From a virus: a DNA stretch of 64,000 nt. The notes beneath the pieces are model-generated. The model was not told the origin of the DNA. It did not search any database and saw only the letters and a list, made by a program, of their open reading frames with translations. The stretch lies in IMG/VR virus record IMGVR_UViG_3300025887_000010, positions 1 through 64,000 of that record; one strand, written 5' to 3'. Each line of letters opens with the position of its first letter. The stretch's first letter is position 1. The position numbers were made by a program, and so were the translations under genes. Positions 54,455-63,999 of the stretch are shown one piece after another.

Positions 54455-54604
54455 TTATCCTTTTGGGTTTTTCTTTGTTATTTTACCCATTTCGTGCATT
54501 TGGTTGTCCCGCTTCGTTTCGATACCTTTGCTCAACTTTTCGTCGAACATCTGCTTGAATTTCTGGTAGTCACCAGCCTTGATGGTCTTGAAGGTTTCGG
54601 TCAT
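54455..54604 (-). CDS. gp67-like prohead core protein (49 aa, not in ORF track)
   Basis: MTETFKTIKAGDYQKFKQMFDEKLSKGIETKR...; directly upstream of gp21. Confidence 0.6.
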   Translation of the reverse strand: MTETFKTIKAGDYQKFKQMFDEKLSKGIETKRDNQMHEMGKITKKNPKG

Positions 54605-55056
54605 TCGTCAAATCTCCTTGAGATGTAAAATGATACAGGGGGGTACGGAATAGGATTCGGAAACATCCTTTGCAACCATGTACATCGAGGAATTTCATAG
54701 ACCTGGTAGGTCGTATTACCCGAATCGATTGATCGACCGATGTCGACCGAAACTTCATAACTGTGAGCTCCAAGGTCTTCTGACGGCAGCTTTGCAAGAA
54801 TAGGAGTCGACACCAGTTGGTGGACAATGTCTGCAGAATCGATGATCTCTCGCTTAAAGCTGACGCTACAAGATTTGACAACATCCCCAGACCATCGGTA
54901 GACGAGCTTGTCCGCCTCGATATATGGTGTGTAAAGCACGTCGTTCCGGACGTTTTCTGCGGTACCTTCATTGTAGGTCATGAACGGATAAATGACGAAA
55001 ACACTAACCCAGATGGCAGCGGCCAACGCTGTAATATATGATGTGATCTTCATCAA
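54601..55056 (-). CDS. membrane-anchored periplasmic protein with two Cys
   Basis: N-terminal TM; C.....REIID...Y...PRC.W....P.P.P pattern. Confidence 0.6.
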   Translation of the reverse strand: MMKITSYITALAAAIWVSVFVIYPFMTYNEGTAENVRNDVLYTPYIEADKLVYRWSGDVVKSCSVSFKREIIDSADIVHQLVSTPILAKLPSEDLGAHSYEVSVDIGRSIDSGNTTYQVYEIPRCTWLQRMFPNPIPYPPVSFYISRRFDE

Positions 55057-55295
55057 ACTTTTCCTGATCCGGCTGCGTTGAATATACCCTGTATGAGATT
55101 CGCGGCAGCATCTTTGAAAACGGCATAGAGTGCGATGATGGCGAGGAGAACTTGAGCAACCTTACCGAATGTCCCCACCTTCTTCGCAGCTCTTTTCCAA
55201 AAGATGTTACCTTCTGCCATCTCGAGAAGCGCTTTGCGTTTCTCTGCAGGGATATCACCCCAAGATTCTGGCAGTCCTGAATTGTTTTCTGCCAT
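55053..55295 (-). CDS. small single-TM protein, possible holin
   Basis: basic stretch KRAAKK before a TM helix; coupled to the downstream gene. Confidence 0.45.
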   Translation of the reverse strand: MAENNSGLPESWGDIPAEKRKALLEMAEGNIFWKRAAKKVGTFGKVAQVLLAIIALYAVFKDAAANLIQGIFNAAGSGKV

Positions 55296-55604
55296 TTAGA
55301 AGCTCCAATCGCCTTGTGTGTTTTCGAGTGTTTCCACTGCTTTTGCAAGCTTGTCGATTCGGGTTTTGACTTCCCGGAATGATAATGAGAATGATTTTGG
55401 ACCACTCTGTCCGTACGTCATGTCGAGCTTGTTGAACATTTCGTTCATGTCCGGATTCGAGAAGACCTTACGGCCCAATTCTTCGAGACTCTTCACCGCA
55501 GCTTTCGGCGTCTTGAAATTCAGAGAAAGGCTCACACCGGTCTCAACTTTGAATTCGTTGAAGACTTTTGGTGCTTCGGTTGGTTTAAGATCGGCAATCT
55601 TCAT
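55296..55604 (-). CDS. hypothetical protein (gp68-position)
   Basis: TGATG coupling to the portal gene. Confidence 0.55.
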   Translation of the reverse strand: MKIADLKPTEAPKVFNEFKVETGVSLSLNFKTPKAAVKSLEELGRKVFSNPDMNEMFNKLDMTYGQSGPKSFSLSFREVKTRIDKLAKAVETLENTQGDWSF

Positions 55605-57145
55605 CAGTAGTTTTCCTCTTCCAGGTTTTTATAGCGCGGATCTTTTTTCTCTTCCGCGATCTGTTTGTCGATGCGCTCAATATCTTCTTCCGATTGGTAG
55701 AGGACCTCTTTGCGCACCGTGTTATGGCTGATATATTTGCCGACATATGGTTCAGCCTCACTTGCTGCGTTCAGACGCATACTCATCAACTCAAGGTCCT
55801 TCAGTTCGGTATAGAAGTTGTCTCGATTATAGGTGTAGCGAATCTTGCGGCGAATTTCTCGAAACTCAGAAATCGTCATCACCTTCTTGGCGACAACGTG
55901 TGTTTCGAGAAGATCGACAAAGAGCTTTGAGAATTTCGAACGTACTCTTGAGATAAAGCGATGGAACTTCAATTCGTCCCGTGTGATCTGAGACTCTTGC
56001 GAGAAAAGGCTGGTCGAATCAGTGAATCTGCTCACTGGTACGTCGAGCGCCATATAGAGCTTATTGCGGAACATTTCGACATCATCGAGATTTCCAAGAT
56101 CAGGTCCTTGGCTGAGGTTCTCTACTTCAGTCGACTTCTGATCACCTGTTCTGCCGAAGAAAAGGTCTTCGCCCATCGCCATCACTCGGTTTCGTGAAGT
56201 GAGCTGACCACGAACGGTGTCGAATCCGACTTCACGCTTCATTTTGCGAGCTACCTGGTCGATTTTCTGTTGAGATTTGGCAGGCGAAAGGTTGCCCGTC
56301 GAAACGTAGATGGCTCGGACGTCGTGTGAACGAGAAAGCCTGTGCACAATGAGTGAGCTCTCAACCAGATCGAGCTGGTTGGCTACGCGAATGGATTTGT
56401 GGAGAAAGCCGTATGTGATATTGCTGTTCTTGTCGATCAATCCTGAGGTGATCGAACTGACCTTTTCCAAAGGCATCTTGAATGCCACATTTGAACTGAT
56501 CGTTCCATCGTAGACGGATTTGGTGACGTTCAGCATGTTCGAAGAAGAACGAACTTCGCTCGATCTTAGATAGACCCAAAACTCTTCAACAACATTATAC
56601 TCCGAGTCCTGCTCTTCAACGATCCGAACTTTGCGCAATTTGCGAGGATCAAGCTGAGTGAGAGACGAGATACCGTTTTTCGGGTTTTTCGAGAAGTTCT
56701 TCACGTAGCATATGCGAGAATCGACATACCAATCGCGGAATATGTCGTATCCTTTAGACTCAAAGTCCAGCAGATCGATGATCTCTTCGTGGCATTCAAC
56801 TAACTTATCCGCGATACCCTTCGTGATGAGTTTGTCCTCAACAAGGTGGTCCGTCAGAAGATCAACCGTATTCTTGTCCTCTTCAAAAACAAGGACTGCG
56901 TTGATGATGTCTGCGATTGCCCAGTCCACTTCAGGGAAGAGGGAAATTCGACGGTAGCTGTCGATGAGCTCTGCTTCGGTCGTGTCGACAAAGTTTGTTG
57001 GATCAACGTAGTATTGCCCAGCACCTCTGGAAACAGAATCATAAGAGCCATCCTTTTCGAGCTCGATCGTGCCGGGCTGACGTTCTTTTTCGTCAGCTTT
57101 CGCAAAGACCTTCGTGAAAGGCATGTCGTAGCCCATAATTTTCAT
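55604..57145 (-). CDS. gp20: portal protein
   Basis: LI..YR..S..PEVD.AI.DI.N, WYVD.R..Y, LDPRK..KVR, GFLHK.I..ANQL...E.S..V.RLSR, G.L...K.QQ, EDL, L.VP.SR, I.RDELKF.RFI.R.R.KF. Confidence 0.97.
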   Translation of the reverse strand: MKIMGYDMPFTKVFAKADEKERQPGTIELEKDGSYDSVSRGAGQYYVDPTNFVDTTEAELIDSYRRISLFPEVDWAIADIINAVLVFEEDKNTVDLLTDHLVEDKLITKGIADKLVECHEEIIDLLDFESKGYDIFRDWYVDSRICYVKNFSKNPKNGISSLTQLDPRKLRKVRIVEEQDSEYNVVEEFWVYLRSSEVRSSSNMLNVTKSVYDGTISSNVAFKMPLEKVSSITSGLIDKNSNITYGFLHKSIRVANQLDLVESSLIVHRLSRSHDVRAIYVSTGNLSPAKSQQKIDQVARKMKREVGFDTVRGQLTSRNRVMAMGEDLFFGRTGDQKSTEVENLSQGPDLGNLDDVEMFRNKLYMALDVPVSRFTDSTSLFSQESQITRDELKFHRFISRVRSKFSKLFVDLLETHVVAKKVMTISEFREIRRKIRYTYNRDNFYTELKDLELMSMRLNAASEAEPYVGKYISHNTVRKEVLYQSEEDIERIDKQIAEEKKDPRYKNLEEENY

Positions 57146-57200
57146 GTGTGTTCACCAATTCGTTTGTTTCTATCTATTTTAGACGGATTCGGTATTCTTT

Positions 57201-57833
57201 TTAGACGTATGGATTTTCCTTCCACACTCTCCGAGGAGAGGAGCCAACAAACTTGGCAACTGGAAGAAAAATCGAGTGATGCCACTCTTCCGGTTGCACT
57301 CTCACGACCTTACCCATTGCTCGGTTGGGGATGTAGGACTTGATGGCAAATCGCAGTGGCTTGAGCTTTGAGATTGCCTGCACCTTCTGGTAGTTGATGG
57401 GCAGGCGATTGTCGTGCCTTACCACTTTCGATCTGACATTTCCGATGAGGAACGACATCACTTTCGCTCTCACAACAGGTGGCAAATAGTGAACGTTCAG
57501 TCCAAGAAGGTTCTCATGACTGTCGATGTCAAGAAAAATGATCAGTGGTGCAGCGTCGAAATATGGCAGACTACCTTCATCGAAAAGCTTCGACTGATAC
57601 CGAAACGTCATCATCGATCCTGGAATCATCTTCGAAACTGCCTGACGACCTTTGAACATGACAGCATGCTGAGCGATTGTCGGAGCGGTCGCCTTCACCT
57701 TGTTGTAGTACCACTCTGTTGCCTCTCGAGTCTTCTTCTTGACGTTACCAGCATTCCGAACTTTCGCAAGCTCCTTCGAAACTTTCTCGAAGAACTGTTT
57801 GTCATCAGTACTGAACTGTTCTGTTTCGGTCAT
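57201..57833 (-). CDS. gp2: DNA end protector
   Basis: S..WY, G.M..F.Y..K...LPYFD.APL, GLN.HYLPP..R, AIK.Y, W...IFLP...F. Confidence 0.9.
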   Translation of the reverse strand: MTETEQFSTDDKQFFEKVSKELAKVRNAGNVKKKTREATEWYYNKVKATAPTIAQHAVMFKGRQAVSKMIPGSMMTFRYQSKLFDEGSLPYFDAAPLIIFLDIDSHENLLGLNVHYLPPVVRAKVMSFLIGNVRSKVVRHDNRLPINYQKVQAISKLKPLRFAIKSYIPNRAMGKVVRVQPEEWHHSIFLPVAKFVGSSPRRVWKENPYV

Positions 57834-59596
57834 CGGCTGACTCCGTCAAGGTAGAGGAACAATTCGTCTCTGTCTCGAGAGACAGGCTCCATAGGTCGTG
57901 TGACAACGTTCGTACTATTGTTGGTGATCGTTGCAGAGTTGATATTAGGCGTCGAAGAAGGAATTGCAGACAGACGTTTGATCGACTCGTTTTTCAAAGT
58001 CGTCTCCATCAGATTCATCGTTGGGACCAAACCTGCGCTTCCGCCAGTTGCTTGGTCCAAGAATGCTTGTGTCGGATCCGTTTCCGTTCCAAACATAGCA
58101 GCTGCCAATCGAGGAGATTTCGACGCAACCGCATCTTGGAAGTCCTGAACGATGTTTTCTACCATTCCGACGAGTGCGTCATAGATGAGATCGGGAATCG
58201 CCTTGATCTTGTCCATGATAACCGAGAAGTCAATTTCTGGAAATTCGATATCCTTCACCCAATCAACAAATCGATCAATGTATCCGATGAATTTGTCCTT
58301 CAAACTGGAGACGAATTCAAAGGCCCTAGTGTTGTAATCTTCTACGGTCAGACCAAGAACAGGGTCACCAGAACCAGTGATCAATTGCCAAGCACGATCG
58401 ATGAGGCGAACTGGAAGTTGAACAATGTACAATGAGACGTCGTCAATTGCCTCCATGATGGTTCGCTGTTCTTGGTCGTATTCAGCCTGAAGAAGGCGAT
58501 TCTGTCTCAGCAACTCTTCACGATTTTCGTTCGTCCGTTCGATTTGACGTGTGACATCTTCAAGGCGACTGCGAATTAGATCGATTTCACGCTGATCACC
58601 ATTCACCTGTGCAGTCTCTAGCTCCACAAGAAGCTCGATTCGCTTTGCGTTCAGTTCATCAAGTCTTTCAACCATGTTGTCAGCACCACGCTGGGTTTCT
58701 TCAATTCGACCAAGGATTCGCGCTTCGTCTTTGTCGAAAAAGAGTTCGATCGTGCTATTGAAGTGATCGATGATTCTGTCGAAACCCATACTGAGTCGAT
58801 CGAAACCTACAAGGTTCGTGATGACGGTCATAATACCACCTACCACAGCACCGACGATGAGACCAGCGAACGTACCGAAGACTGGAACGACCGAACCAAT
58901 AACAGCACCAGCTGCAGCGTATGTGCCGACCGTGCCTGCAGATGAAAGGATGGATCCGTCGACACCTGTGAAAACTGCGAGGATTGCAGACGAAAGACCG
59001 TCTTCGCTACCGAGCAATTTGCCGATTTCAGCACCAATGTCAAAGTTAATCTTGCCACCAAGAATGCCTGCACCAACTGCTGCTATTGTGCCAGTTGAGA
59101 CAAGAGCTGCAAGAGCCACAGGAATGTAGCTTGCAACCGAACTTGCGATCGCAGCTCCAAGACCAAGAGGAAGCAGATCGTGAAAACCCAGACGTGGAAT
59201 TTCTTCTTCAAGTGGATTCGGAAGATCAGGTCCTTCACTCTCAGTGCGATTCACGTCTTGATCGTGGAATCGGCGACGCTTGACTTCACCGCCTAAAAGT
59301 TCGACAAGGTTTCCGATGTTTTCATCGATTGATTCGAGAAAGCCATCCCTGTCACGATAGAATCTGTCGAGAACATCCTTTGCCTCACCTGCTTGATCAG
59401 GGTTACGATTCCTTTCGGATTCGATTCGTGATTCCTTTTCAGACTCTGTAATCCTGCGAGTGATTCGATCAGTTGTAGATTCGAGAGTTCGAGTGATTCC
59501 ACGAGTGACCTCACCAAATGTAGAGTCGACCTTTCTTGAAGCGATCGAGGATAATGCTCTAATCATTGCTTCTGGGTCCATGATTGGAAGTGCCAT
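57830..59596 (-). CDS. baseplate hub / tape-measure protein (gp29-like)
   Basis: 588 aa helical, Gly/Ala-rich hydrophobic repeats plus coiled coil; follows gp6. Confidence 0.6.
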   Translation of the reverse strand: MALPIMDPEAMIRALSSIASRKVDSTFGEVTRGITRTLESTTDRITRRITESEKESRIESERNRNPDQAGEAKDVLDRFYRDRDGFLESIDENIGNLVELLGGEVKRRRFHDQDVNRTESEGPDLPNPLEEEIPRLGFHDLLPLGLGAAIASSVASYIPVALAALVSTGTIAAVGAGILGGKINFDIGAEIGKLLGSEDGLSSAILAVFTGVDGSILSSAGTVGTYAAAGAVIGSVVPVFGTFAGLIVGAVVGGIMTVITNLVGFDRLSMGFDRIIDHFNSTIELFFDKDEARILGRIEETQRGADNMVERLDELNAKRIELLVELETAQVNGDQREIDLIRSRLEDVTRQIERTNENREELLRQNRLLQAEYDQEQRTIMEAIDDVSLYIVQLPVRLIDRAWQLITGSGDPVLGLTVEDYNTRAFEFVSSLKDKFIGYIDRFVDWVKDIEFPEIDFSVIMDKIKAIPDLIYDALVGMVENIVQDFQDAVASKSPRLAAAMFGTETDPTQAFLDQATGGSAGLVPTMNLMETTLKNESIKRLSAIPSSTPNINSATITNNSTNVVTRPMEPVSRDRDELFLYLDGVSR

Positions 59597-59598
59597 GT

Positions 59599-61362
59599 TC
59601 AGCTCCTACCGATTCGGATTTTTGAATTGCCTATTTGAAGTATATTGTTCCGACGAGGCTTGATATTTTTGGACTTCGGACGAGCGAAGAATCGGATCGT
59701 CTTTGTGACGTCATTGAATCGCTGGACTCGAAGATTGCTGATAGAAACCAGACCGGTGTCTAAATCGATTGTGCCAACCTTCTCGTCGATCTTCGCAACA
59801 TTCCCATCGTCATCAACAGTTGTCAGAATAATGTCCGAACCATCTACCTGAACTTTCACTCTCCTGAGTGATGGGAAGATCGTGAACTCGTTCGACTCGA
59901 AGGTTTCGATCGAATTGTGAAAGTCGATTTCAAAGTTGTTGTTCTGCTGAAGAGTAGGCGAGAAGTCCTTGCTCAACATCACACTCACGAGGTTGCTCGA
60001 AACGGTTTCCGAAATACTGTCGACTCCCGCGCTGAACTGACTCAGGCGAAACTCATTGTTGAAGTCAGACAGGTTAGTCATGCCGAAGGTTTGGATATAC
60101 CGACGAATCTCATCAACGAGTGTTGAGTTGCGGAAGTCATTCTGGTTGGTGACGAACACTTCAACATCAACGTCAACACGAGTCACCTCTGCATCAACGA
60201 GTACGGGAGTGATCGCGAAGATGCCGAAATCATTCCGGACCGAATCTGAAATCTCTTCCTTCTGAGACTCTGTCAAGATCGAGGACTCTGTCGAGTTCAG
60301 AGAGATGTAGATGCGACCGGGTTGTTCAAAGCGATCAGAACCAGATTCAGAACCAGACCAAACCGACGTCGATCGAATGTACGGGAATCGATTGCGGATC
60401 ATCACGTCATAGTCGCGAAGTGTCACTGCTCTGTTCTGCACAGTCAAGAAACGAGATATGTTGCGCCGCAGAGAATCGTCAGATTCGTTGTCTGTTCCAC
60501 CTGCAGCCTTGCTTTTAGTGAGCACACTCACATCAGCTGCGTTTGAACGAAGCAGTGAGCTGTTGTCAGGCGTCAGAACGAACTCGAACGAGGTAAAGCC
60601 ATTGCCTGTACTTCCTTTTGTGAGGAACACAACGACCTTAATGATCGCTCCATTCTTGGGTTTGCGACCGATGACGCCATCGCCGAATTCGATCTGGTAT
60701 TTGCCATCGCCGAACTCACTCAAGAAGAAGACAGGGTCATCAGCACCAGTGCGAATTCGGTCGAATGACCCACTCCATTGTGAATACGTGTTGGTGTCAA
60801 GCTCTTCCTGTACATACACTTCGAGAAGAGATACGTCAACACCATCAAAATCAATCTTGATTGTCTCTTTCGAGTAGATTTGTTCGAACGACGTGTATAT
60901 ACCTTGACGAAGATCGACGTCTTCGAAACGGAAATCGTTGGTGACGGAACGATCAGCTGAAACTGTCTCGACAATCGAGAATGGATGGTCAATGTCACCT
61001 GCGTCGAATACAGCACCTTTCGAAATGGTGAACTGATTGAGGTCTTCGAAATCGGTGAGAGTCAACACCAAGTCGACGTTTGCTCTCGACGCATACGAGG
61101 AAAACGGAACATAGCCATAATTTCGAGCATGATTCGAAAGGTTGCGACGCAGTGTTGCAGTATTCGGTTGAGACTCTGCGAAAAGTGTGTTTGCAGAAAT
61201 CGAGTTCTTCTCGGTAACATCTGCAAGAACGGAGATGATCGTGTCAAAGACTGAACCTTCGACATCAAAATCCGAAAGGCTCTCTTGCTCCTTAAGGAGC
61301 TGACGCAATCTTTGACGGTTCGATTCAAAGTCGTGTCCTCTAAATCTCTGTGTGCTGCTCAT
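59599..61362 (-). CDS. gp6: baseplate wedge protein
   Basis: DF.......L...DFDVEGS, ATLR.N....A...GY.P, YQIEFGDG..G.KP, GG...ES...R, QNRAVT..DY, GR.YIS. Confidence 0.93.
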   Translation of the reverse strand: MSSTQRFRGHDFESNRQRLRQLLKEQESLSDFDVEGSVFDTIISVLADVTEKNSISANTLFAESQPNTATLRRNLSNHARNYGYVPFSSYASRANVDLVLTLTDFEDLNQFTISKGAVFDAGDIDHPFSIVETVSADRSVTNDFRFEDVDLRQGIYTSFEQIYSKETIKIDFDGVDVSLLEVYVQEELDTNTYSQWSGSFDRIRTGADDPVFFLSEFGDGKYQIEFGDGVIGRKPKNGAIIKVVVFLTKGSTGNGFTSFEFVLTPDNSSLLRSNAADVSVLTKSKAAGGTDNESDDSLRRNISRFLTVQNRAVTLRDYDVMIRNRFPYIRSTSVWSGSESGSDRFEQPGRIYISLNSTESSILTESQKEEISDSVRNDFGIFAITPVLVDAEVTRVDVDVEVFVTNQNDFRNSTLVDEIRRYIQTFGMTNLSDFNNEFRLSQFSAGVDSISETVSSNLVSVMLSKDFSPTLQQNNNFEIDFHNSIETFESNEFTIFPSLRRVKVQVDGSDIILTTVDDDGNVAKIDEKVGTIDLDTGLVSISNLRVQRFNDVTKTIRFFARPKSKNIKPRRNNILQIGNSKIRIGRS

Positions 61363-61745
61363 AGGACTCTCCTCAAAGTGCTTTCGTACGTGTAAATCTT
61401 TCGAGTTTCGATGAACTCGAACTCAACTCTGATGCTCAGATCAGCACTGGATTGCGTAACCACAATATCCTGAACTCGGATTCGTGGTTCAAATCGTAGC
61501 GTATTGCGAATTTTTGATCGAACGACATTCCGCTCGTGGGTGCCAAAGTTTTCGAACAGAAGTGACCGTAGACCAGCACAAACTCCAGGTCTTCCAATAA
61601 GAGCATCTTCGTCCTGCATCAACAGCAGATCGATATGTTGGAAAATCGATTCGCGATTCTTCTTCGTTTTCAAATCTCCACTGATGGGATTCGATTCGAA
61701 ATTGCCGTCTATGTCGATGACAGACTCTTTGAACTTATTCGACAT
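61359..61745 (-). CDS. gp25: baseplate wedge subunit
   Basis: F..NP.SGDL....N..SI...I..LL...P...GL..LLFE...FEPRI. Confidence 0.9.
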   Translation of the reverse strand: MSNKFKESVIDIDGNFESNPISGDLKTKKNRESIFQHIDLLLMQDEDALIGRPGVCAGLRSLLFENFGTHERNVVRSKIRNTLRFEPRIRVQDIVVTQSSADLSIRVEFEFIETRKIYTYESTLRRVL

Positions 61746-62208
61746 TGTCGATCACCTCTGCATCTTCTCGATCTTCTCGCTCTTTCATCGTTGATCGATC
61801 TTTCAGTGCTTCACGACCACTCATGATGAGAACGTTGGTAGTCGAACCTTTCGTACCTGATCCATTAGGTTCGGTAGTGCCTTGTGGCTTCTTCTGAGCT
61901 TTCGCTTCATTGATTCGCAGAAGTTGACCATTTGCACCTGACAGTGTGTTCAAAAGAGTCGCAATCGTTTCGAAATACCGAGGACTGCCAGTCTGTTCAC
62001 CAAGCAGTTGAAGAGATTGGATTGCGTCACGCACGGTGTTAGTCGTGAACTCGAGGTTCTTCTTGACGATTTTCGTTTCTTCGTCATCGTCCTGAGAAAT
62101 CACAATCGTCACTGCTGGCAGCTTCTCGACATCAACAGTCGCGGATGGAGTACCACTCTTCAGTAGTTCCATCAACTCGTTCCTTTGATCTGATTTCTCG
62201 TTCGACAT
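61735..62208 (-). CDS. gp16: terminase small subunit
   Basis: L.LG.QTGSPRYFE.IA.L....AN..LL...TTNV...S..E.L. Confidence 0.85.
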   Translation of the reverse strand: MSNEKSDQRNELMELLKSGTPSATVDVEKLPAVTIVISQDDDEETKIVKKNLEFTTNTVRDAIQSLQLLGEQTGSPRYFETIATLLNTLSGANGQLLRINEAKAQKKPQGTTEPNGSGTKGSTTNVLIMSGREALKDRSTMKEREDREDAEVIDNVE

Positions 62209-62209
62209 T

Positions 62210-62464
62210 CTACACGGCCTTGTGTTTCATTAGGACAGTCATAAAGTCCTCTCCAAAAAGGTGGCCCATGATCTCTTCGATCAACATCTCACGATCACGT
62301 TTTTGCGAATCGACGGCTTCGTTGTCGACGCCGATTTTGCGAGCATACCCAGCGAGAGCCTTAGTGTCCCAATCTTTGATCCTGTTGTACTCTGTGACCT
62401 CTTTAGACTCATAAGCTTCCATTACTTCGGCAATGGCTTCGTTCAAAAGTTTCAGTGTGTTCAT
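62210..62464 (-). CDS. putative internal head protein
   Basis: N-terminal LLNEAIAEVME helix. Confidence 0.55.
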   Translation of the reverse strand: MNTLKLLNEAIAEVMEAYESKEVTEYNRIKDWDTKALAGYARKIGVDNEAVDSQKRDREMLIEEIMGHLFGEDFMTVLMKHKAV

Positions 62465-62474
62465 GTTCTATTTC

Positions 62475-62780
62475 CTAATTTGGCTTTCCATTATATGTTA
62501 CTAAGTTCGTGGATGCCTTGTCCATCCAGTTCGAGAGTTCGACTTCAGTTGGGAAGTTGAAGCAGCCAGCACCTTCATTCATGATTGCGAATATGGCCTG
62601 TTTGTGCTTCTGTCCTGTCTGGATGTGGACAACATTCGAGAACTTGACGCTATTGTAGAGCTTCGCTTCAAATCGACCAAGGAACTCCTCAGGACTGTCA
62701 GGATCACCCATAACGATCTTAATGATCTCACCGAATTTGAAGTCGCCAATCGACAGGAATTTGTGTTCTTGTTCAGACAT
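62475..62780 (-). CDS. hypothetical protein after UvsW (start MSEQEH)
   Basis: GAGGAG RBS. Confidence 0.6.
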   Translation of the reverse strand: MSEQEHKFLSIGDFKFGEIIKIVMGDPDSPEEFLGRFEAKLYNSVKFSNVVHIQTGQKHKQAIFAIMNEGAGCFNFPTEVELSNWMDKASTNLVTYNGKPN

Positions 62781-63999
62781 CGTAATACTCCTCCTCAATG
62801 TCGAACTCCTGCTCGATGTAGCGGAGCATTCGTTCTTCTGCATGGTTAGCACAATATGACTGGTTATTCGGTCCAAGTTCAAGATCATCGAAAATGTCGT
62901 AGATGTCTACAGAGTCCTTATCTTCAGAGACTCTCAGATATCGACCGACTGTTTGGATGACAGTAATCTTCGATTTGACAGGTGATGCCAGAACTCCAAC
63001 GTTGAGATTGTCGATGCTCACACCTGTTGAGAGTGTCGCATATGTCGCAAAGAGCTTGACACCTTTGCCTTCGTTTGCTCGTTTCTTTGCAAACTCGCGA
63101 TCTGCACCCTTGATCCCGCCATGAATGACGTAGACCTCTTCGTCAGGGTACAGCTTACGATAGAGATCGACAAGTCGTTTACCATGCTTCTTGAAGCGGA
63201 AGAGAATGAGAACGTTCTCATCCTTGTCGCGATTCTGAATGATGTCAAAAATTGCTCTATCTCGTGCCTTGATGGCAAGAAGAAACTTGATCTCATCCAT
63301 ATACTCAAGACGATTCTCGAAAAGATCAGGACGATCAGCGCGAATACGATCATAACCAAATCGAGAAGAGATGACCTTAAGCTTCGCACTTCTTCCTCGA
63401 TCGATCAGCTCCTTTGTAGTAGTCGTCTTGATGATTGGACCGAAGAGTCCACGAAGAACGAGTTCAGCTGTCTTTGAATCACGGAGTGATCCTGAAAGAC
63501 CATTTCGATGATGAGCATTCTGACACTTCTCCATGATTCCACGAATGGACGCAGATTCGGCAAGGTGGACTTCGTCAACGACGACAGAATCGAAGCACTG
63601 AAACCATTCAGGCTCCAGCTTGAAGATCGATTGCCATGTCGTGATGGTAATCTTCGCAGAGTTGTCCTTAGAACCGCGCAGTTTGTGAATGTCTTCTTCA
63701 TCAATGCCGAATTCAATCAGGTCTTCGTACGTCTGATTGAGAAGCATAATTGAAGGAACGACCACAAGGATGTTGTTGTCGAATATGCGAGCATGAAGAC
63801 AATATGCGACGTAGAGATAGATGATGAACGTCTTGCCAGAATTGGTAGGCGATTCGATCAAGCGTCTCTTTCCGCAGATCATCTGGATGGCAGCTTCTAT
63901 CTGATATTCGTCAGGTTCGAAGGGGAAAGTTTGTTTCTCGAACCATTCCATGAAGTCAGAGCGAAGGTTTTCTGGTCCATTGAAATTGTGGATGTATAC
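62773..63999 (-). CDS. uvsW: SF2 DNA helicase, 5' truncated by the window edge
   Basis: YQ..A, SPTNSGKT, VVPS..L..Q, TWQS, DEVH, GLSGS, LFG, QTVGR.LR; frame open to the window end. Confidence 0.95.
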   Translation of the reverse strand, partial: VYIHNFNGPENLRSDFMEWFEKQTFPFEPDEYQIEAAIQMICGKRRLIESPTNSGKTFIIYLYVAYCLHARIFDNNILVVVPSIMLLNQTYEDLIEFGIDEEDIHKLRGSKDNSAKITITTWQSIFKLEPEWFQCFDSVVVDEVHLAESASIRGIMEKCQNAHHRNGLSGSLRDSKTAELVLRGLFGPIIKTTTTKELIDRGRSAKLKVISSRFGYDRIRADRPDLFENRLEYMDEIKFLLAIKARDRAIFDIIQNRDKDENVLILFRFKKHGKRLVDLYRKLYPDEEVYVIHGGIKGADREFAKKRANEGKGVKLFATYATLSTGVSIDNLNVGVLASPVKSKITVIQTVGRYLRVSEDKDSVDIYDIFDDLELGPNNQSYCANHAEERMLRYIEQEFDIEEEYYDV

